From Dehalococcoidia bacterium (GTDB taxonomy: Bacteria; Chloroflexota; Dehalococcoidia; Lucifugimonadales; UBA3495): a DNA stretch of 64,000 nt. The stretch lies in the NCBI GenBank assembly GCA_965221295.1, contig OZ244879.1:3281603-3345602 (forward strand), given 5' to 3'. The stretch's first letter is position 1. Every line of letters starts with the position of its first letter. A program made the position numbers and the translations under genes. The notes beneath the pieces were generated by a model. The model searched no databases, was not told the DNA's origin, and worked only from the letters and a program-made list of their open reading frames with translations. Positions 57,993 through 64,000 of the stretch are shown here, piece by piece.

Positions 57993-58202
57993 GCGGAGAC
58001 AGTCCTATTGGTCGAATTGTCTGAGGAAGTCAATCCAGCTCTTGGCGGGAATACCCGCCAGCGGAAGATCGAGCGTTTCATCCATGTACTGGTCCATTAT
58101 ACCCATCCTGGCCAGTCTCCCAAAATTGCCGCCGCCATCGCTCACGGGTCGGTCGGCGCGGGGATTTTTAGGATCCCTGCGCCAATGCGTCATCTCCGCG
58201 CT

Positions 58203-59378
58203 TCACAGTTGGTATTCCGGGCGGCGCAGCAGTTGGCGGGCAATCACCAGCCGCATGATCTCGTTGGTGCCTTCCCCGATGATCATGAGAGGGGCGTCGC
58301 GGTAGTAGCGCTCGACGGGAAAGTCCTTGGTGTAGCCATAGCCGCCGTGGATGCGCATGGCCTCCATGGCCACCTCGCCGCAGACCTCGCTGGCGAAGAG
58401 CTTGGCCATTCCCGACTCCAGGTCGATGCGCTGGCCGCTGTCCTTCTTGGCGGCGGCGTCGTACACCAACAGGCGGGCTGCTTGGATCTTGGTGGCCATG
58501 TCGGCGATTTTCAGCTGGATGGCCTGATGCTGGCTGATGGGCTGGCCGAAGGTTTCCCGCTGCTGCACATAGCGCATCGAGGCGTCCAGGGCGGCCTGGG
58601 CGACCCCGACGGCGCGGGCGGCCACGTTGATCCGGCCGGTTTCCAGACCGCCCATCACCTGGGCGAAGCCGACGTTCTCGACCTCTCCAATCAAATTTTC
58701 AGCGGGGATGCGGAAGTCTTCGAAGAACAGCTCACAGGTGTCGAGGCCGCGGTAACCCAGCTTGTCGAGATGGCGGCCCACCTTGAAGCCGGGGCTGCCG
58801 TCCTTCTCGATGACGAAGGCGGACAGGCCACGGTGCTTGATGGACGGGTCAGGATCGGTGCGGGCCAGCAGGCAAAAGGCGTCGCCGGAGTCGGCGTTGG
58901 TGATGAACATCTTGGAGCCGTTGACGACGTATTCCTCGCCATCCTTGACGGCGCGGGTTTGCAGGGCGCCCACGTCGCTGCCGCCGCCGGGCTCGGTGAG
59001 GGCCAAACCGCCGCGCATTTCGCCGCTGGCCAGCCGGGGCAGGAACCGCCGTTGTTGCTCCGGGGTTCCGTGTTGGGCCAGCACGTAGGTCAGGATGTGG
59101 TGGGTGCCCAGGGCGCCGGTGAGGGCCATGTATCCCTTGCTGATCTCTTCGAAGATCATGGCAAAGGTCGTATAGTCCAGGCCCATGCCGCCGAATTCCT
59201 CCGGCACGTTGATGCCGAACAGGCCCAGCCCTTTCATCTGGTCAATGAGGTCGTAGGGAACGGTGTCGTTGGCGTCGTGTTCGGCTGCGACTGGCTCCAC
59301 CTCCTGGCGCACGAAATCGCGCACCATATTGACGATTTGCGAGCGGGCTTCGTCGGGAGTCTTGGCAATCGTGGTCAC
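58203..59378 (-). CDS. Acyl-CoA dehydrogenase
   Basis: 391 aa. Typical ACAD motifs (LTEPGGGSD; IYEGTNEI-like IGEGTNEI). GTG start with AGGAG upstream. Confidence 0.9.
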   Translation of the reverse strand: MTTIAKTPDEARSQIVNMVRDFVRQEVEPVAAEHDANDTVPYDLIDQMKGLGLFGINVPEEFGGMGLDYTTFAMIFEEISKGYMALTGALGTHHILTYVLAQHGTPEQQRRFLPRLASGEMRGGLALTEPGGGSDVGALQTRAVKDGEEYVVNGSKMFITNADSGDAFCLLARTDPDPSIKHRGLSAFVIEKDGSPGFKVGRHLDKLGYRGLDTCELFFEDFRIPAENLIGEVENVGFAQVMGGLETGRINVAARAVGVAQAALDASMRYVQQRETFGQPISQHQAIQLKIADMATKIQAARLLVYDAAAKKDSGQRIDLESGMAKLFASEVCGEVAMEAMRIHGGYGYTKDFPVERYYRDAPLMIIGEGTNEIMRLVIARQLLRRPEYQL

Positions 59379-59734
59379 GGGATCTCCTGTTGAGGCATAG
59401 CGTTTATTGCCGGTTCAGTCTATCCCAGGCCATGGGGAGGCGCAACTGGACCGGATGGTTCACGGCGTCCTTTGGGATCAGCGGCCCCGCGCGCCGGCGG
59501 CCGTTCGCTCAATGACAGGCGACTCGCTCCCGGGCCGGCCGCACCGATTGGCCCACACGCGCGGTTTTTGCGACATGCAAGTGACCACTGGGAAAGGCGC
59601 GCCTGACGGATTCCTCGAAACCGTCTATAATCCATGCGCGCTGGGGCCCGTCATTCCATGTGGGCCAAGCCCAATCGAATTGGGTCGATGGACGGACAAC
59701 TACGGTTGCCCAGATTGCGCCCGTTGCACTGAAA

Positions 59735-59764
59735 ATCGGTTGCCCCGATAATCGGTTCCCCGAT
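59735..59764. promoter_or_regulatory. Two adjacent ATCGG-N4/5-CCGAT palindromes (candidate operator) upstream of the amidohydrolase-2 gene
   Basis: ATCGGTTGCCCCGAT, then TA, then ATCGGTTCCCCGAT. The pair ends 19 nt before the start codon. Confidence 0.4.
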
Positions 59765-59782
59765 ACAGGAGACTCCGCGACT

Positions 59783-60754
59783 ATGGCAGTAAGAGTCCTC
59801 GACGTTCATGCTCACATCACCCCGGGCAGCGCGCTGCGGGCCATGCAGAGCGGCGACAGCTGGTTCGGCGTCGGCGCGCCCGCTCTTTACAACCAGCATC
59901 GTTACAATCCTCGCACCTTCTGGACGCCGGAGCAGCGCATCGCAGATATGCAGTCCCTGGGAGTGGACTTGCACGTTCTCTCCAGCAACGCCGGTTTGTA
60001 CTTCTACGACCTGGACCCCGACCAGACCATGACCATGCACCGGGAGTGCAACGACTACGTGGCCCAACTGACCCAGGAGTACCCGGACCGGTTCGCCGGC
60101 CTGGCTCACCTGCCCATGCAGGACGTGGGGGCAGCCATCGAAGAACTGAACCGGGCTGTCGAGCAGCTGGGCCTCAAGGGCGCCATGATTGGCGACCACG
60201 TGAACGGGCGCACCTTCGACGACCCCTACTTTAACCCGCTGTGGGCCACTGCGGAACGATTGGGCGCGATGTTCCTGATACACCAGGGCGGCGACACCGT
60301 GGTTTCGCCCCGTCTCGACAGGTACCACCTGCCCAACACCATCGGCAACTTGGCAGAGCGGGCCGTAACCTTCGCGTCCTTCGTATTCGGCGGCGTCATG
60401 GACCGCTACCCAGACCTCAAGGTCTGCCTCTGCCACGGCGGTGGCTACACCTGCTACGGCATCGGACGCATGGATCGTGGTTGGCAGGTGCGCCCGGAGG
60501 CTCGCGTCAACATTGATCAACCACCCAGCGCCTACCTGAGTCGCTTCTACTATGACTGCCTGACCCACAGCGAAGAGGCCCTGCGAATGCTCATCGACAC
60601 GGTGGGCGTCGAGCAAGTGGTTTTCGGCACTGACTGGCCATTCGACATGTGCGCCGACTGGCCCGTCTCCTGGCTACTCGGATTGGACAGCCTATCCCGC
60701 GAGGAAAAGGACGCCATCCTGTTCGCCAACCTGGAACGCCTCCTGAACATCTAG
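59783..60754 (+). CDS. Amidohydrolase-2 family protein (ACMSD-like decarboxylase/hydratase)
   Basis: The start was trimmed to MAVRVLDVHAHI (HxH). It has an HGGG motif and a C-terminal FGTDWPF. Confidence 0.85.
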   Translation: MAVRVLDVHAHITPGSALRAMQSGDSWFGVGAPALYNQHRYNPRTFWTPEQRIADMQSLGVDLHVLSSNAGLYFYDLDPDQTMTMHRECNDYVAQLTQEYPDRFAGLAHLPMQDVGAAIEELNRAVEQLGLKGAMIGDHVNGRTFDDPYFNPLWATAERLGAMFLIHQGGDTVVSPRLDRYHLPNTIGNLAERAVTFASFVFGGVMDRYPDLKVCLCHGGGYTCYGIGRMDRGWQVRPEARVNIDQPPSAYLSRFYYDCLTHSEEALRMLIDTVGVEQVVFGTDWPFDMCADWPVSWLLGLDSLSREEKDAILFANLERLLNI

Positions 60755-60863
60755 GCCAAAATTGAGTGGCATTCCCACAGTGGCTTGACGATAAGGCGCA
60801 GTCAGTGGCGATGGCCCTTCGTCTCCGCCCCGCACCGTATCACTGAATCGACCCAACTGAAAT

Positions 60864-60935
60864 AAACCAACACGCAGGACCAAACCGACACGGAAAACCA
60901 ACCCAACACCCAGCAACAAACCAACACGGAGGAAA
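60864..60935. repeat. 4 x 18-bp CA-rich tandem repeat forming the leader and RBS of the VOC gene
   Basis: The units are AAACCAACACGCAGGACC, AAACCGACACGGAAAACC, AACCCAACACCCAGCAAC and AAACCAACACGGAGGAAA. The last unit carries the Shine-Dalgarno sequence. Confidence 0.8.
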
Positions 60936-60941
60936 GAAAAC

Positions 60942-61337
60942 ATGGGACTCATCGCCGACAACATACGGCTCAAGGCCATCAATCACATCACCTACAACGT
61001 GCGCGACAAAGACATCGCGCTCAAGTGGTACCAGGAAGTCCTGGGCGTCAAGCAGATACCCAAGATGGTTGACAGCGACAACCTCTACTGGCTGCAGTTG
61101 CCCAGCGGAGCCATGGTGCACATCATCGAGAACCCCGACGCGCCCTCCGCGCCGTCCCATCACACCGCCTTCGAGGTGGACGACATCTCAGCGGCCCGCG
61201 ACGAGCTGCAGAGCATCGGGGTGGAATGCACCGACATTCAGACCCGCCACGATGGGCAGCAGGCGTTCTACTTCCACGACCCCGACCACAACCGCCTGGA
61301 AATCTGCACCAAGTCAGGCTTCGGCGTGCTGGTGTAG
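60942..61337 (+). CDS. VOC (glyoxalase/bleomycin-resistance/dioxygenase) family protein
   Basis: 131 aa. Has INHITYNV...HTAFEV...FHDPDHNRLE metal-ligand contexts. Confidence 0.8.
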   Translation: MGLIADNIRLKAINHITYNVRDKDIALKWYQEVLGVKQIPKMVDSDNLYWLQLPSGAMVHIIENPDAPSAPSHHTAFEVDDISAARDELQSIGVECTDIQTRHDGQQAFYFHDPDHNRLEICTKSGFGVLV

Positions 61338-61354
61338 CACACCAGCGGAACCGG

Positions 61355-61393
61355 AAAACGGAGGGGCGGGTTTGAGACCCGCCCCTCCGTTTT
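61355..61393. terminator. Bidirectional intrinsic terminator between convergent genes
   Basis: AAAACGGAGGGGCGGGT, loop TTGAG, ACCCGCCCCTCCGTTTT. The 14-bp GC-rich stem is flanked by an A-run and a T-run. Confidence 0.85.
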
Positions 61394-61449
61394 ATCTCCA
61401 CTGAATTGTCCGCCGGCAGCGCAATTGCGCTTGTTTGGCGCCGAAGTCT

Positions 61450-61782
61450 TCAGGCATGAAGTCCGTATTCGTCAGCCCACGTTTCCAGCGCGACCAATCC
61501 GGGTTCCGCGTGGTCAACCAGCTCCGGAAACAATTTGAACATAACCGGGTCCTCAAGAACGAAATTACGCAGTCCATCTAGGGCGGACGCATATTCCCTG
61601 CGTTGCATTGGAGCTAGCGCATCATCTCGCAGTGTCTGGATTTTATCGTACCTTGCAAGCAATATCAGTAACGGAATAGCATACGAATCAAGTATAGCAA
61701 CGACGTTATCGTGAATATCCCACAACATAGATCTTTCAGCGATCCAATCGAGCTCGTAATCGTACCTGCTGCCAACTGTCAA
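61450..61782 (-). CDS. Hypothetical helical protein (low-GC island)
   Basis: 110-aa ORF with a TTG start. No family recognised. Confidence 0.4.
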   Translation of the reverse strand: MTVGSRYDYELDWIAERSMLWDIHDNVVAILDSYAIPLLILLARYDKIQTLRDDALAPMQRREYASALDGLRNFVLEDPVMFKLFPELVDHAEPGLVALETWADEYGLHA

Positions 61783-61786
61783 TGGC

Positions 61787-61957
61787 CTAATGTCCGTCAG
61801 TCACAGCCTTTCGCTTCGCGCGGCTTTCGTAGAATTTGGCGATCAGTTTCTGGTTTTCTGCGGCCTTTGCCTCGGCTATGGACTCCAAACGTTGAACCTC
61901 CTTTGAGTTTTTCGCCAACAAGCGGTCGATCTTGGCGTCGCCAGTTTCCCGTAGCAT
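61787..61957 (-). CDS. Hypothetical 56-aa coiled-coil protein (below the ORF-track length cutoff)
   Basis: My own translation is MLRETGDAKIDRLLAKNSKEVQRLESIAEAKAAENQKLIAKFYESRAKRKAVTDGH. GGGAG lies 8 nt upstream of the ATG. Confidence 0.4.
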   Translation of the reverse strand: MLRETGDAKIDRLLAKNSKEVQRLESIAEAKAAENQKLIAKFYESRAKRKAVTDGH

Positions 61958-62135
61958 TTTGAAATCTCCCGGTTCCGTATCCTGAAATCTCCCGAATCCA
62001 TATTAATGTATCAAGCTTTGGCCAGTGAGGCAACTTGGAACGGCGCAACCAGTCAGCGTTCACTCCACGGAGCCGCATTGACGGGCTAAAATTGTGAAAC
62101 GCATCGTTTGCATTGCGCGGGCGTTCTCCGGCCCG

Positions 62136-62450
62136 TCACGGCCGTCCCATAGAGTACCGATTCAGAATCCCCAGGTACGCGCGTTGGCCTTCTACCGCGA
62201 TCGCCGTGCGGTCCGCCTGGTATTCGGCCCACACCGATTGCGTCAGGGCCGTGGCCTTGCCTGCTGGCGTGTGAGGATTGGCCGGGTCCAGCCCGGCGAA
62301 CGCCTGCATCCGCGCGGCGATGGACTTGGGGCTGCGTTCCAGAGCCGCGGCCAGCGCGGCCACCTCGCGGCTGTCGTGGGCCACCTTGCCCCGATACAAG
62401 TGCAGCGTCGCCAGGTCTTCCAACCGGGTCCATTTACGCGGTGTGGGCAT
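62136..62450 (-). CDS. Hypothetical protein resembling the non-catalytic N-terminal module of some HNH-type restriction proteins
   Basis: 104 aa. W.RLEDLATLHLY......S..V.ALA..L.RSPKSIAARMQAF pattern. It starts 3 nt after the upstream stop. Confidence 0.5.
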   Translation of the reverse strand: MPTPRKWTRLEDLATLHLYRGKVAHDSREVAALAAALERSPKSIAARMQAFAGLDPANPHTPAGKATALTQSVWAEYQADRTAIAVEGQRAYLGILNRYSMGRP

Positions 62451-62453
62451 GGT

Positions 62454-62945
62454 CTATCGTTTGTGGTGAAGGGGGCGGCGCAGTATTCGATTTAGCGCGG
62501 TGGCGCATTGCCTGGGCGCATCAACAAGGATGTTTAGTTCGAGCACAAGCTTGGATTGGAAGTTACCGCGCCTACTCAGATCCCAAACCTTCCAGTCCAC
62601 GCCGTTAGTCAGTATCGCATACCCGCTCCGCATGCCTTCGGCATAAGCCAATAACTGTCTCTCATCTCGTACCTTGATGCCGTTGACAGTCAGTTTTTTC
62701 GCTTCGATGATTATGGCTGGCTCGTCGTCATTGTTGAGCAAAGCGTAATCGACACGTCCGTATTGGTTGTGCTCGTACTCTACTTCGACCTCGGTAACGT
62801 CCGACAGATCCCAATCCAGCGCAGAAAGGATAGGGTCGATCGCAGCATACCGAGTGCAGATTTCATGTCGGCTGATGTATGCATAGAAATCCTCTATATG
62901 GTCAGCCACCAGTTCAATTGCCATCGTTACGTCCGATATCGCCAT
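62454..62945 (-). CDS. PD-(D/E)xK nuclease-like protein (type I restriction enzyme HsdR N-terminal domain-like)
   Basis: GRVDYALL...AIIIEAKKL...QLLAYA...YAILTNGVDWKVW. The start was trimmed to ATG 62945, which has GGAGG upstream. Confidence 0.65.
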   Translation of the reverse strand: MAISDVTMAIELVADHIEDFYAYISRHEICTRYAAIDPILSALDWDLSDVTEVEVEYEHNQYGRVDYALLNNDDEPAIIIEAKKLTVNGIKVRDERQLLAYAEGMRSGYAILTNGVDWKVWDLSRRGNFQSKLVLELNILVDAPRQCATALNRILRRPLHHKR

Positions 62946-63019
62946 CTCGCTTTCCTCCCTATTGGATGAGTGGCGGCAGCAGAGGCGGAGCATGCTTCGC
63001 CTCTGCTGGCCACGGTCAC

Positions 63020-64000
63020 CTACCGCCCTTCCTTGATGAAGTCGGCGACACGCTCCCCGATGGTCATTGACGTTACGTTGGTGTTGGCCCGGATGCAGTC
63101 TGGCATCACGCTGGCGTCGGCCACCCGCAGATTGGTCACGCCTTTTACCTTGCCAAACTGGTCCACCACCGCCATGGGGTCGCTGTCCGGGCCCATCTTG
63201 CAGGTGCCGGAAATATGCTGCGACGTGGTGACCTCCCGGGCGATCCAGGCGTCCAGCGCATCGTCGCTCTGTAGAGCGTCGGCCGGCGGTTCAATGCACT
63301 CCTGGATCAGGTTCACGAAATCGGGATGCTCCGCCAACTGCATGCACAGGCGCACCGAGTCGCGCAGCCGCACCCGGTCCGATTCTTCCCGCAGGTAGTT
63401 GTAGTCCAGGAAGGGTTGCTGATGGGGGTCGGTGGATTGCAGCCGCATCTGTCCCGCCCCGGCGGCGAGCTGGATGCCAGCGCTCATGCGGATGCCCAGG
63501 GGAACCATGCGGTCGCCGCCCCGGTTGATCCGCTCGGTGGCGAAGGATTGCATGCTGATTTTCATGTCGTTGCGCAGGTCTGAACCGTCGGCGGTATAGC
63601 GCAGGCACAACTGCGAACGCGGGGCCAGGCCGTCCAACTCCACTTCGGGCTTGGTGCGCCAGGTGCACCAGACGGTGGGATGGTCTCGCAGGTTCTGACC
63701 TACGCCCGGCGAATCCTGGATAACCGGGATCCCAATTTCGCGCAGATGCTCGGCCGGCCCGATGCCCGACAGCATCAGGATGTGGGGCGAGCCGATGGCG
63801 CCGCTGCTGAGGATGATTTCGTCCGCCTCGGCGATGAAAACCTCGCCTCCCGACTCCAGCTGTACGCCGGTGGCCCGGTTCCCGTCGAACAGAATCCGGT
63901 GCACGTGGCAATTGGCCTTGATGGTGAGGTTCAAGCGGTGACGCGACTCTGCCAGGTAGCCCAAGTTGGTGCTCATCCGGATGCCGTTGGGGTTGTTGAA
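63020..64000 (-). CDS. GMC-family (choline dehydrogenase-like) oxidoreductase, C-terminal part; the N-terminus lies beyond the window
   Basis: The frame is open to the window edge (FNNPNGIRMSTNLGYL). The C-terminal SGTCKMG...VVD...VKGV.NLRVADASVMP is diagnostic for the GMC family. Confidence 0.88.
   Translation of the reverse strand, partial: FNNPNGIRMSTNLGYLAESRHRLNLTIKANCHVHRILFDGNRATGVQLESGGEVFIAEADEIILSSGAIGSPHILMLSGIGPAEHLREIGIPVIQDSPGVGQNLRDHPTVWCTWRTKPEVELDGLAPRSQLCLRYTADGSDLRNDMKISMQSFATERINRGGDRMVPLGIRMSAGIQLAAGAGQMRLQSTDPHQQPFLDYNYLREESDRVRLRDSVRLCMQLAEHPDFVNLIQECIEPPADALQSDDALDAWIAREVTTSQHISGTCKMGPDSDPMAVVDQFGKVKGVTNLRVADASVMPDCIRANTNVTSMTIGERVADFIKEGR

Noticed and set aside
58005-58193. 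62-aa ORF between the acyl-CoA dehydrogenase gene and selD, considered as a possible selenium-related small protein.
   Set aside because: It has no motif, no convincing RBS and a Gly/Arg-rich N-terminus. I could not support it as coding.

Overview
High-GC (by eye about 62-65%) bacterial chromosomal window. It is mostly catabolic and oxidoreductase genes: two PuuE-like deacetylases, amidohydrolases, hydantoinase A/B, LLM monooxygenase, SDRs, acyl-CoA dehydrogenase, GMC oxidoreductase and gcvPA/PB. The gene content suggests a marine Chloroflexota (SAR202-like) genome, but that is inference only. Housekeeping landmarks are four tRNAs (Gly-GCC; Leu-UAA, Cys-GCA, Leu-GAG) and an hspR-grpE-dnaK operon with a HAIR-like operator. 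Main observations: (1) Two genes read through in-frame TGA at canonical selenocysteine positions: a thioredoxin-like/NHL protein with a U-x-x-C motif, and SelD itself. (2) Several low-GC inserts carry conflict-system-like modules: a two-gene module with a decayed ImmA/IrrE-like domain that splits a sarcosine/glycine operon, an Xre-ImmA/IrrE + DUF4411 pair, an MNT-HEPN fusion, and a small nuclease-like island. (3) A 969-aa gamma-class N6-methyltransferase-like gene sits directly upstream of an SDR/DUF2867 gene (spacing depends on the SDR start call), and that SDR gene is ATGA-coupled to a T4-endoV-like pyrimidine-dimer glycosylase. (4) Two giant surface proteins: a 1778-aa protein with four plant-type LRR modules, and a 1332-aa cadherin/FN3/LRR protein with a C-terminal PLA2-like motif. 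(5) A MITE/REP-like palindromic element family occurs in clusters, including a 6 x 154-bp tandem array. (6) Unrelated 16-18-bp tandem repeat arrays recur in the short leaders or spacers immediately upstream of genes. No CRISPR array, rRNA, integrase or intact IS was seen. All family assignments come from reading motifs by eye, because no searches could be run.
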